A stretch of DNA of 64,000 bases from an uncultured Bacteroidales bacterium. Lineage in GTDB: Bacteria > Bacteroidota > Bacteroidia > Bacteroidales > F082. Below, in pieces: positions 19,363 through 28,408 of this stretch. The translations under genes and the position numbers were made by a program. The stretch lies in NCBI GenBank assembly GCA_947166105.1, contig CAMVCZ010000010.1, positions 3,037 to 67,036 of the forward strand, read 5' to 3'. Below the pieces are notes generated by a model, which was not told the origin of the DNA, searched no databases, and saw nothing but the letters and a program-made list of their open reading frames with translations. Every line of letters starts with the position of its first letter. The stretch's first letter is position 1.

Positions 19363-20429
19363 TGAACCTCCTGACCATAGCCATCATCTTTTCCATCATC
19401 CTTGCCTTCGTCTTCACCTTCCTGAACGGCATGAATGACGCGGCCAACTCCATCTCGACCATCATCGCCACCAAGGTAATGACCCCGATTCAGGCCATCA
19501 TTTGGGCCTCGTTTTGGGAGTTCGCCGCCTTCTTCCTCATCCGATTAGTGCTGCATCAGCAATTCGCGGTGGGCAACACCATGGCCAACTTCGCCGACCA
19601 AAACGTCATCGACCCCTACCTTATATTATCTGCTCTCGTTGGGGCGGCCATTTGGGTGGCCGTTTGCACCAAAAGCGGTATGCCCATCTCCACCTCGCAC
19701 GCCCTAATCGGGGGCATCATCGGGGCGGCATGGTTCGTCAATGGGAGTGGCGTACTGCACATGCAGCCAATCATTATCACATTGGCTTTCATTGTTTTAT
19801 CACCACTTATCGGTCTGTTTTTGGGTTTCTTCCTCGAATGTCTTTTGCTGAGGATTTTCAAGAACAGTTCACGCAAAAGGGTCGACAAGATTTTCAAGGT
19901 GATGCAGCATTTCTCGACAGCTGCCTTCTGCATCGGCCACGGCTCTAACGATGCGCCCAAAACTATGGGTATCATCGCCGTGTTGATGGCCAGCGTGTTC
20001 ACCACGCAAGGTGTCAGTCCTGAGATGCAAAGTTTCATCGGCAATTTCTACGACAGCAGTCAAGGCTTCCATATTCCTGACATTCTGGCTGTTGTTTGCT
20101 ATATCATCATGTCGTTGGGCATCCTGATTGGCGGCAAGAACGTCATCAAAACGATGGGTGGCGGTTTGGCGAAAATCACACCCATACGCGGTTTCTCCGC
20201 CGAATTTGCCGGTGCTACCACATTGATTGCCACTTCGTTCATGGGTATTCCTGTCAGTACGACACATACTATCACGGGCGGCGTCATTGGCGTAGGCCTC
20301 ACCGACGGTGTGAAATCCGTGAAATGGGTCACGGCCAAGCGCATTGTCCTTTCGTGGATTTTGACCATTCCAGTGCCTCTCGTCATCAGCGGCATCCTGA
20401 ACCTGTTGTTTAACCTCTTAGTCAAGTAA
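19359..20429 (+). CDS. inorganic phosphate transporter, PiT family
   Basis: Duplicated PHO4 signatures NGMNDAANSI and GSNDAPKTMG, and a polytopic membrane protein. Confidence 0.85.
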   Translation: MMNLLTIAIIFSIILAFVFTFLNGMNDAANSISTIIATKVMTPIQAIIWASFWEFAAFFLIRLVLHQQFAVGNTMANFADQNVIDPYLILSALVGAAIWVAVCTKSGMPISTSHALIGGIIGAAWFVNGSGVLHMQPIIITLAFIVLSPLIGLFLGFFLECLLLRIFKNSSRKRVDKIFKVMQHFSTAAFCIGHGSNDAPKTMGIIAVLMASVFTTQGVSPEMQSFIGNFYDSSQGFHIPDILAVVCYIIMSLGILIGGKNVIKTMGGGLAKITPIRGFSAEFAGATTLIATSFMGIPVSTTHTITGGVIGVGLTDGVKSVKWVTAKRIVLSWILTIPVPLVISGILNLLFNLLVK

Positions 20430-20433
20430 CGCC

Positions 20434-21084
20434 ATGAGCCTCAACAGTTTCTTTCAGTTTTTTGTCCCCAAGGAAACCAAGTTCTTCCCGCTCTACCAAA
20501 AACAGGCGGAATACATCGACAAAGCTTCAAGACTTTTGCGTAAGATGCTCACGGAGACTGACTTGCAGCAACTTGAGGCCTTGAAAAAGGACATCAAGAC
20601 CTGCGAGACCGAGGGCGACCAAGTGCTTCGCGACTTCTACAGCCAGCTTTTCGCCACTGTTTTGACACCTTTTGAGCGTGAAGACGTTCACGAACTCGCC
20701 GAGATGATGGATACCTTCCTCGACCATATCGACGACACGGCCAACATCATCCTCACGCGCCGCTTCACCGACGTTGACGAAGACCTTACCACGATGGCCG
20801 ACAACATCATGTTTGCCGCCGAAAACCTCAGCAACATCATCGCCGACCTGCCCGAAATGACTACTGCCAAAGGCAAGGAAATCGTCCGTTTGTGCCACGA
20901 AATCAAGTCGTTGGAAAACGAAAACGATGTGCTTTACGGCAGTTACATCAACAAATTGTTCCAACAAAATTACAGCCTTCCCGAAATCATCAAGCGGAAA
21001 GACCTCGTGCAAGTGCTTGAAAACACCACCAATTCGGTAAAGTATATATCAGATAAAATTAGGAGTATCATCAGCAAACTATAA
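20434..21084 (+). CDS. second DUF47 (PhoU-like) protein
   Basis: GDQVLRDFYSQLFATVLTPFEREDVHELAEMMD. Paralogous to 18712..19362. Confidence 0.75.
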   Translation: MSLNSFFQFFVPKETKFFPLYQKQAEYIDKASRLLRKMLTETDLQQLEALKKDIKTCETEGDQVLRDFYSQLFATVLTPFEREDVHELAEMMDTFLDHIDDTANIILTRRFTDVDEDLTTMADNIMFAAENLSNIIADLPEMTTAKGKEIVRLCHEIKSLENENDVLYGSYINKLFQQNYSLPEIIKRKDLVQVLENTTNSVKYISDKIRSIISKL

Positions 21085-21087
21085 GCC

Positions 21088-22281
21088 ATGAGACAAATCA
21101 TCAACAGCCTGTTAGACAACGACCTATACACCTTCAGTGTGTGCTATGCCTACCTGCAAAAGTTCCCACGCGCCATTGGTCAATACACCTTCGTCGACCG
21201 CAACAACACGGTCTATCCCAAGGGCTTTGCCGAGTTGCTTCGGGAGCAGTTCGACAGTTACGCCAACCTCAAAATCACTGACGAGGAAGTGCATTTCATG
21301 AAACGGAAATGCTATTATTTCCCGCTGTGGTTCTTCACTTTCTTGAGGGGCTTCCACATGCGCCCCAACGAGGTCGAAGTGAGCCAAGACGCTGAGGGTC
21401 ACTTGCATATCACCGTCACGGGCTTACTATGGCGCACCGTTTTTTGGGAAATGCCTATCTTGGCCACCGTTTCAGAACTGATGCACGAACTGAAAGGCGA
21501 ATTTGAGCATTACGATGCCGAAAAGGAATACAAGAAATCCTACGACAAGGGCATCCGCCTCATCGGCAATGGCGTGAAGTTCAGCGACTTCGGTACGCGC
21601 CGCCGTTTCTCCTTTGAGCATCAAGACAGGGTGATACAATCGTTTATCGAGGCGCAAAAACAGTTTACCAAAACTTGTTTCGTGGGAACGAGTAATGTGC
21701 TGTTGGCCATGAAATACGACCTCACGCCCATTGGAACGATGAGCCATCAGTTCATTGAGACCTGCTCGCTTTACGGCTACAACGAAGCCAACTACCTCGC
21801 CATGGACTATTGGCAGGAGGTGTATGCTGGTAGCCTCGGCGTATTCCTCTACGACACCTACACGCGCAAGGCTTTCTTCCAGAATTTCACCACATTACAC
21901 GCCAAATTGTTTGACGGCCTGCGCGTCGATAGCGGCGACAACATTGAGGCTTTGGAAGAAATCATCGCCAAATACAAGGAACTCGGCATCGACCCAGCGC
22001 AAAAGTCCATCATTTTCAGTAACGGCCTGAATGTCAGCGAAGCCATCGCCATCCACGAGGCCGTGAACGGGCGGATGCAAGACTCCTACGGTATCGGCAC
22101 CCACCTCACCTGCGACATCGACAATGTGAAACCGATGAACATCGTCGTGAAACTGACGGCAGCCAAAATCACCGAGAAACGCAATTGGAAAAAGGTGGTC
22201 AAACTCAGCGACGACCACGGCAAATACACCGGCGACCCCGAAGAGATTGAAATTTGTAGGAAGACGCTGGAGATTGAGTGA
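21088..22281 (+). CDS. pncB: nicotinate phosphoribosyltransferase
   Basis: LLDNDLYTFSVCYAYLQKFP at the N-terminus, FSDFGTRRRFS, and 397 aa. Confidence 0.85.
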   Translation: MRQIINSLLDNDLYTFSVCYAYLQKFPRAIGQYTFVDRNNTVYPKGFAELLREQFDSYANLKITDEEVHFMKRKCYYFPLWFFTFLRGFHMRPNEVEVSQDAEGHLHITVTGLLWRTVFWEMPILATVSELMHELKGEFEHYDAEKEYKKSYDKGIRLIGNGVKFSDFGTRRRFSFEHQDRVIQSFIEAQKQFTKTCFVGTSNVLLAMKYDLTPIGTMSHQFIETCSLYGYNEANYLAMDYWQEVYAGSLGVFLYDTYTRKAFFQNFTTLHAKLFDGLRVDSGDNIEALEEIIAKYKELGIDPAQKSIIFSNGLNVSEAIAIHEAVNGRMQDSYGIGTHLTCDIDNVKPMNIVVKLTAAKITEKRNWKKVVKLSDDHGKYTGDPEEIEICRKTLEIE

Positions 22282-22292
22282 GCGTTGAGTGC

Positions 22293-23873
22293 CTAAGCGA
22301 TGATGTATTCCCCAACGGTCATCGTGTCACGGTCAAACTGAACACCCACTTTCACTACTTTTTTGCCTTCTGACCGATAGGGTAGTGCGTAACCTTTGCT
22401 ATTGATTTGGTCTATGGCTTCCTGGGCAGTGCCATTCACCTTCAACTCGAAGACGTATGTGGCGTCAGGCATCTGCACCACGAAGTCAATGCGTCCGCCG
22501 TGACATTTTACCTGGGTTTGGGCATACACATTCAGCATGTTGAATATCAACCAAAAAGTGTATTCGTAGAAGCCCTCTGAGAACGCGGCATCCTCCAGTT
22601 TCTTTTTGAAACCCTCAACGTATGGAACACCTGCAAGGAAAGCCTTCATCTCGTCCAATGCGGCCGCCATGTCGTGTCTACGTAGCGCACGATAAAACTT
22701 CAATGCAAAGCCATCCTTGACCGAACTGCCGTCCAAGCCTATATAAGCTGGGATAAGGCCGTCGATAAGTCCAACCCGAACCTCCTTGTTGGGAATCGAC
22801 AAGATGTAGGATTCGGTTTCGCGGTCATAGTCCTTGATGGTAACATAGCCGCTTTGGTAAAGCAGCGGCAGGGCGTTTTCCATCGCTTCAGTAGGACGGT
22901 CAAAGGAAGAGGCAGAAGCCTCAATGCGATCCATCCCCATGATGTCAGTCCTGAAATGCTGCATCTGGTGTATGAGGAAGGTCGGAGTGCCGCTCTCGAA
23001 CCAGTAATTGCCCAATTTCCTATGCCCGAAGGCCTTCATCAGACTGAACGGGTTGTATATCTCTTGCGGGGCTTCGGAAAACCGATAGCCGTCATACTGT
23101 TGTTTCAATTTGGCGTGCATTTCCTCAAAGGTGCATCCATATTCCTCGGCAAGCATGGCGAGGTCAGGGGCCATATCTCTCTCAAACTCCTCCTCCGTAA
23201 TGCCGCAGATTGCCGTATAACGCGGATCCATCGAAACGTTCATCAGGTTGTTGATGGTAGAGAAAATGCTCAACTGGCTGAACTTGGTGATGCCCGTGAT
23301 GAAGCAGAACTTCACCATCGCCTCATTGGCCTTCAACTGGACATAAAACTCCTGCATCACATTACGGAACTGGTCAAGTTGTTCCGATTCATGAAGCACA
23401 TCAAGCAACGGCGCGTCATATTCGTCAATGATGACAGCCACTTGCTTGCCTGTTTGCTCGTAGGCCCTGTGAATCAATCCATTTAGCATTTTGCCAGGCG
23501 AGGTTTCCAGCGCATCACGACCATAAACATTACACAATGGATTCATCAGCCACATCAAGGTTGCCCACAATTCATCTGCCGAAGGCTGTCGTTTTGCCGT
23601 ACTCAAATCCAAGTGAATGACAGGGTAACTTTCCCAATTCTTCTCCAATTCCATGATTTTCAGGCCCTCGAACAGGTCTTTACGACCTTGGAAATATGAA
23701 TCCAAGGTGGTGGTTAGTAGGCTCTTGCCAAACCTGCGCGGGCGGCTGAGGAAGATGTATTTGGCCTCGTGCGCCAAGTTCCACACGAGATCTGTTTTGT
23801 CAATGTAAATGTATCCGTCTTTCCTAATTTCCGAAAAAGTCTGTATGCCAATGGGATATTTTCTTGCTTGCAT
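22293..23873 (-). CDS. AAA-ATPase-like N-domain + PD-(D/E)XK (PDDEXK_9-like) C-domain protein, paralog 1
   Basis: YPIGIQTFSEIRKDGYIYIDKT, YIFLSRPRRFGKSL (P-loop-like), IIDEYDAPL, and a C-terminal GRIDFVVQ..YVFELKV nuclease-like core. Confidence 0.75.
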   Translation of the reverse strand: MQARKYPIGIQTFSEIRKDGYIYIDKTDLVWNLAHEAKYIFLSRPRRFGKSLLTTTLDSYFQGRKDLFEGLKIMELEKNWESYPVIHLDLSTAKRQPSADELWATLMWLMNPLCNVYGRDALETSPGKMLNGLIHRAYEQTGKQVAVIIDEYDAPLLDVLHESEQLDQFRNVMQEFYVQLKANEAMVKFCFITGITKFSQLSIFSTINNLMNVSMDPRYTAICGITEEEFERDMAPDLAMLAEEYGCTFEEMHAKLKQQYDGYRFSEAPQEIYNPFSLMKAFGHRKLGNYWFESGTPTFLIHQMQHFRTDIMGMDRIEASASSFDRPTEAMENALPLLYQSGYVTIKDYDRETESYILSIPNKEVRVGLIDGLIPAYIGLDGSSVKDGFALKFYRALRRHDMAAALDEMKAFLAGVPYVEGFKKKLEDAAFSEGFYEYTFWLIFNMLNVYAQTQVKCHGGRIDFVVQMPDATYVFELKVNGTAQEAIDQINSKGYALPYRSEGKKVVKVGVQFDRDTMTVGEYIIA

Positions 23874-23895
23874 GACGATGGTAGTTTTATGGCGA

Positions 23896-23903
23896 CAAAT
23901 TTA
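23896..23903 (-). promoter_or_regulatory. -7 promoter box (TAAATTTG) for paralog 1
   Basis: The reverse complement of caaattta, 22 nt upstream of ATG 23873. Confidence 0.4.
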
Positions 23904-24039
23904 CGCAAAAAAACCTTAAACTTGCAAACGGATTTGTTTTGCGTACACGAATGGCCATAAATGAACCACGAATTTGGCACTTATCCTATGGCTGCTACAA
24001 TGCGACAACCCTCCCCAACCTATCAATTCCTAAACTATT

Positions 24040-26037
24040 TCATTCAAACACCTTCCGCCACCCACATCCATTCCGCCACTCAGAGCAACCGTATGCGGTC
24101 TTACCTTTAATAATATGCCCTTTGCCACATAGCGGACAAGGTTGCCCGATGATGGCATCGGGATTCGCTGGAACGGTTTCTGTTTTCTTGGGTTTTGAGG
24201 CCTTTTTTGGTGTGGTTTTCTTGGGTTTTTCTTCCGCAGCAACGGCAGCCACACGGCGGTTGCTATTGTCCATCATCACGGTCGTGACAATTTCGGTGAC
24301 CATTTGTTTCAGTTCGTCCAAAAACTGTCGGGCTTCGTATTTATGTTGTTCTATTTCACGGAGTTTCTTTTCCCAAATGCCTGTCAGTTCGGCACTTTTC
24401 AGGAGGTCTTCACGGATAAGGCTGATGAGTTCGATGCCTGTGGGTGTAGGTTCGAGGCTTTTGCGTATCTTCTTGATATAGTTGCGCTTGAACAATGTCT
24501 CGATGATGGCTGCTCGCGTGGATGGTCGCCCGATGCCGTTTTCTTTCATCACCTCGCGGAGGGATTCATCGTCAACGAGTTTGCCTGCGGTTTCCATTGC
24601 GCGGAGCAAGGTGGCTTCAGTGTATGGCTTTGGTGGTGAAGTCCATTTTTCGGCCAATTGCGGCTGATGCGGTCCGTGCTCGCCTTTAGTGAAGATGGGC
24701 AAAGTCTTCTCCTCGTCCTCCTGCCCTTCTTTCTTCTCCTCTTCTTGCTTCGCCGGTTTGATGACCTCGCGCCAGCCAAGAACCAAAATCTGCTTGCCTG
24801 AAGTCTTGAACTCCACCTCCTCCACTTTGCCCTGCACGGTTGTCGTAGCGAATTGACAATCAGGATAGAACACGGCGATGAAATGACGACAGACTTCGTC
24901 ATAGACTTGCTGTTCAGCAAACGACAAGCCTTGTGGCACCACACCCGTCGGGATGATGGCGTGGTGGTCGGTGACTTTGCTGTTGTCGAACACCTTCTTG
25001 CTTTTGGGCAGTTTCTTGCCTGCCAAAGGTGAAGTCAAGTCGGCGTAGTTCGTGAGTTTGGACAAAATGTCGGGGCATTTTGGATAAATGTCGTCGCTCA
25101 GATAGGTCGTGTCCACACGCGGATAGGTAGTGTATTTCTTCTCGTAAAGGCTCTGTATGGTCTGCAAAGTCTGGTCGGCGGAAAGATTGTATTTCTTGTT
25201 ACATTCCACCTGAAGTGATGTCAAATCGTAAAGCCTCGGCGGGGCTTCTGTGCCTTTCTTGGTTGAAATGTCGGTCACGGTAAACTCTTTTCCCTCAATG
25301 TTTTGCAAATCCTTTTGGCCATCCTCAACGGAACCATATTTGCCTTTGGTGGCGGTAAAAGTCGTGTCGCGATAGATGGTTGAAAGCACCCAATAGGCCT
25401 CCGGCTTGAAGTTTACGATTTCGTGATAACGGTTGACAATCAGCGCCAAAGTGGGCGTTTGCACTCGTCCGATGGACAACACTTGTCGGTTTTGGCCGTA
25501 TTTCAAGGTGTAAAGCCGCGTGGCGTTCATTCCCAAGAGCCAGTCGCCGATGGCACGGCTGAGTCCGGCCTCGTAAAGCGACTGATAATCAGACTGATCT
25601 TTCAAATTCTTGAAGCCTTCGCGGATGGATTCTTCGGTCAAGGAGGAAATCCAAAGGCGCTTCACAGGGCACTTCACGGAGGCCTTCTGCATCACCCAAC
25701 GCTGGATGAGTTCGCCCTCCTGACCGGCATCGCCACAGTTCACGATTTCGTCGGCTTTCTGGAACAAAGATTCGATGGTCTTGAACTGTTTCTCCACACC
25801 TTTGTCCGCAATCAACTTAATGCCAAATCGTTGCGGAATCATCGGCAGGCGGCTCAGTGCCCAAGCTTTCCATTGCTCGGTGTAGTCGTGAGGCTCTTTT
25901 AGCGTGCAAAGATGGCCGAAAGTCCACGTCACTTGATAGCCGTTACCTTCCATATAGCCCTCGCGTGAAGTGTTGGCTCCCAGCACTTTGGCAATGTCGC
26001 GAGCGACGCTTGGCTTTTCGGCGATACAGACTATCAT
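24040..26037 (-). CDS. topB: DNA topoisomerase III
   Basis: TOPRIM N-terminus MIVCIAEKPSVARDIA..QVTWTFGHL, a type IA core, and a C-terminal K-rich linker with a Cys4-type zinc ribbon (CPLCGKGH..YGCSEWRNGC). Confidence 0.9.
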   Translation of the reverse strand: MIVCIAEKPSVARDIAKVLGANTSREGYMEGNGYQVTWTFGHLCTLKEPHDYTEQWKAWALSRLPMIPQRFGIKLIADKGVEKQFKTIESLFQKADEIVNCGDAGQEGELIQRWVMQKASVKCPVKRLWISSLTEESIREGFKNLKDQSDYQSLYEAGLSRAIGDWLLGMNATRLYTLKYGQNRQVLSIGRVQTPTLALIVNRYHEIVNFKPEAYWVLSTIYRDTTFTATKGKYGSVEDGQKDLQNIEGKEFTVTDISTKKGTEAPPRLYDLTSLQVECNKKYNLSADQTLQTIQSLYEKKYTTYPRVDTTYLSDDIYPKCPDILSKLTNYADLTSPLAGKKLPKSKKVFDNSKVTDHHAIIPTGVVPQGLSFAEQQVYDEVCRHFIAVFYPDCQFATTTVQGKVEEVEFKTSGKQILVLGWREVIKPAKQEEEKKEGQEDEEKTLPIFTKGEHGPHQPQLAEKWTSPPKPYTEATLLRAMETAGKLVDDESLREVMKENGIGRPSTRAAIIETLFKRNYIKKIRKSLEPTPTGIELISLIREDLLKSAELTGIWEKKLREIEQHKYEARQFLDELKQMVTEIVTTVMMDNSNRRVAAVAAEEKPKKTTPKKASKPKKTETVPANPDAIIGQPCPLCGKGHIIKGKTAYGCSEWRNGCGWRKVFE

Positions 26038-26042
26038 TTTTA

Positions 26043-26084
26043 GTTGAGAGTTGAGAGTTTAGAGTTTAGAGTTGGGTGTTGGGA
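26043..26084. repeat. six tandem heptamers (GTTGAGA x2, GTTTAGA x2, GTTGGGT, GTTGGGA)
   Basis: Read directly from the sequence. The array spans the last codons and stop of the antiporter gene and most of the 28-nt spacer before the topB ATG. Confidence 0.9.
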
Positions 26085-28357
26085 ATTGTGTCGGGATTGT
26101 AGTTCATCAGGAATTCGGCTTTGTCTTTTTGTGCCACAAACCACACCAAATCAGCGGGTTGGAAGGTGATTCGGGCCGATGGGTTCAAGATAAAATGCCC
26201 GTCGCGCTCGATGGCAATGACCATAGCATCAAGTTTTTCGGCCAAGCCAGAATCCATCAAGGCCACACCGACGTATGGACTTTGGGGACGCACCTCCACC
26301 TTGTACAAATCAACCTCGCTATCTTCGTGTTCCTGAATCAGTTGCTCGTCAAAAACCTCCACCTTCGACAACAGCAGCCGCAAATGGTCCTCGTGTCCCA
26401 CAAAAGTAATCTTATCATACGGAAACAGTTGAAAATCAGACTTCGGCAACTCGAAAAGTTGTTTGCCACGCTCCACACTCACCACGCTCACGTTGTAGTT
26501 GTCCCGAAAATCGGTATCCTTGATCAACTTACCAGAATAATCGCTGTCGGGGCTGAGCGTCATCTTCTGCAAATGGCAGTTTTCCTGAAGAATTTCGGGA
26601 ATGGTGAACACCTGCATCGACTGGCGCTTGTTAAGGTTGTCGGTGAACCTGTCCTCAATGCGTTTGTAGAATTTCATTGCCGGGCTTAAAACGCGAAGCA
26701 ACACCGTGAAAACCAGTGCAAAACCGATGTTTATCAATTGATACCACGGCGAACCCACGCCTAAACGCGGCCAGAAAAATCCGTTGAGGAAATGGCGAAT
26801 GACAAAGTAGGAAATGACACCCACAATCACGAAGCGTAAAATGAAGACAATGAGAATCAAAGTCTTGTTGAACTTGTTGGCATCCATCAACTTATGCGTG
26901 GTTTTCACCAAAGTGTGCTTGAAGCCCATCGCCCAAAGGAATGGCGAAAGCAGCACCAACGACAAGGCCGTGCTGATGGCCCCGCTCCACGGTTGCCCCA
27001 CATATTTCATAATGAACGAACTCGCGAAAAACGCAATGAAAACCACAGCGATAATGATGGCCAGATAGATTACGATGTTCTTGAACTGACGCGCCAAAAA
27101 ACTGCCCATATTGACCTTCTTTCCGCTCTTCACCTTGATACCTGAATCACTGTTTTCCAAGTGGTTAAGCCAACCTTCAGGAAAATGCTTCGTCACCCAT
27201 TGGTAACTCGGCACAGCTGATTTGATGGCGTAAGGCGTGATGAAAGTGGTGATGATGGACACCGAAACGATGATGGGGTAAAGGAACTCGTCGATGACGC
27301 CGTAATTGAGGCCTAAAGTGGCGATTATGAACGAAAACTCACCGATTTGGCTGAAACAGAAACCACCTTGCATGGCTTGTTTCAAGCCCAAACCCGCTAT
27401 CAAACGACCGATGACGTTGCTCAACGGCTTGAAAATAAGCAACACCAAGGTCACAATGAGAATCTGCCACCAATAATTGACCAAAATCTGCGGATCGACC
27501 ATCATACCGACCGACACGAAAAAGATGGCTCCAAACAGGTTCTTGATGGGAGTGGTCAGTTTGTGAATCGCCTCAGCCTCAAGCGTTTCCGCCAAGATGG
27601 AACCCATAATGAACGCGCCCAAAGCCGAGGAATAGCCGGCCAAATTGGCCAACACAACCATCAGGAAACACAAGCCGACCGCAAACACCGTCAGCGTTTC
27701 CTCCGACATAAACTTGCGCGACCATTTCAGCACCGTCGGAACCAAGAAAATGCCTCCAAAAAACCATACCAAAAGGAAAAACGCCAGTTTCAACATACTG
27801 GTAACCAATTCCATACCGTTGAACGACTGGCTCACTGCCAAAGTGGAGAGAATCACCATCAACAAAACGGCTTCAAGGTCTTCGACGACCAACTCGCCGA
27901 TGACATTGCCGCTGAACTTCTCGCGGTGCAACTTCATATCGTCGAAGGCTTTGGCGATAATCGTGGTGGAGGAAATCGAGAGCATTGCGCCGAGGAAAAT
28001 GCTGTCCATCTGGCTCCAGCCCAAGGTTTTGCCGAGCAAGAAACCAACCACGCACATCGTCACCAATTCGGTGAGTGCGGTAATGCCTACCGTCCCTCCC
28101 ACTTTCTTCAACTTCTTGAAACTGAATTCCAAACCGATGCCAAACAGCATGAATACCATGCCGATTTCGCTCCAGGTCTCCACGCTCGTGTGGTCTTGCA
28201 CGACGGGAAACCACTCAAAATTAGGTCCAATGATGAAGCCGGCAATAATATAGCCCAACACGACGGGCTGTTTCAACCACTTGAAAATCACGGTGGTAAG
28301 TCCTGCAGTAACGAGTATCAGGGCAAGGTCGGAGAATAATGCGGGTAGGGATTCCAT
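26066..28357 (-). CDS. Kef-type cation:proton antiporter with two C-terminal RCK_C/TrkA-C domains (copy 2)
   Basis: Na+/H+ exchanger-like polytopic N-terminal half, an extra TM block, and a C-terminal pair of TrkA-C-like segments (GKLIKDTDFRDNYNVSVVSVERG..). Confidence 0.8.
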   Translation of the reverse strand: MESLPALFSDLALILVTAGLTTVIFKWLKQPVVLGYIIAGFIIGPNFEWFPVVQDHTSVETWSEIGMVFMLFGIGLEFSFKKLKKVGGTVGITALTELVTMCVVGFLLGKTLGWSQMDSIFLGAMLSISSTTIIAKAFDDMKLHREKFSGNVIGELVVEDLEAVLLMVILSTLAVSQSFNGMELVTSMLKLAFFLLVWFFGGIFLVPTVLKWSRKFMSEETLTVFAVGLCFLMVVLANLAGYSSALGAFIMGSILAETLEAEAIHKLTTPIKNLFGAIFFVSVGMMVDPQILVNYWWQILIVTLVLLIFKPLSNVIGRLIAGLGLKQAMQGGFCFSQIGEFSFIIATLGLNYGVIDEFLYPIIVSVSIITTFITPYAIKSAVPSYQWVTKHFPEGWLNHLENSDSGIKVKSGKKVNMGSFLARQFKNIVIYLAIIIAVVFIAFFASSFIMKYVGQPWSGAISTALSLVLLSPFLWAMGFKHTLVKTTHKLMDANKFNKTLILIVFILRFVIVGVISYFVIRHFLNGFFWPRLGVGSPWYQLINIGFALVFTVLLRVLSPAMKFYKRIEDRFTDNLNKRQSMQVFTIPEILQENCHLQKMTLSPDSDYSGKLIKDTDFRDNYNVSVVSVERGKQLFELPKSDFQLFPYDKITFVGHEDHLRLLLSKVEVFDEQLIQEHEDSEVDLYKVEVRPQSPYVGVALMDSGLAEKLDAMVIAIERDGHFILNPSARITFQPADLVWFVAQKDKAEFLMNYNPDTIPNTQL

Positions 28358-28366
28358 TGTTATTCA

Positions 28367-28408
28367 GTTTAGAGTTTAGGGTTTAGGGTTTAGAGTTTAG
28401 AGTTTAAT
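28367..28408. repeat. six tandem heptamers (GTTTAGA, GTTTAGG x2, GTTTAGA x2, GTTTAAT)
   Basis: Read directly from the sequence. The array spans most of the 32-nt spacer between the two antiporter genes and extends through the stop and last codons of the upstream copy. Confidence 0.9.

Noticed and set aside
23939-24481. 180-aa + ORF in and beyond the 3' end of topB
   Set aside because: It lies antisense to the topoisomerase III C-terminal linker and zinc ribbon, and it is low-complexity.
28374-28394. GTTTAGGGTTTAGGGTTTAG resembles the plant-type telomere repeat (TTTAGGG)n
   Set aside because: There are only about two units, embedded in a bacterial intergenic heptamer array with GTTTAGA variants and flanked by bacterial genes. 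This is not telomeric DNA or eukaryotic contamination.
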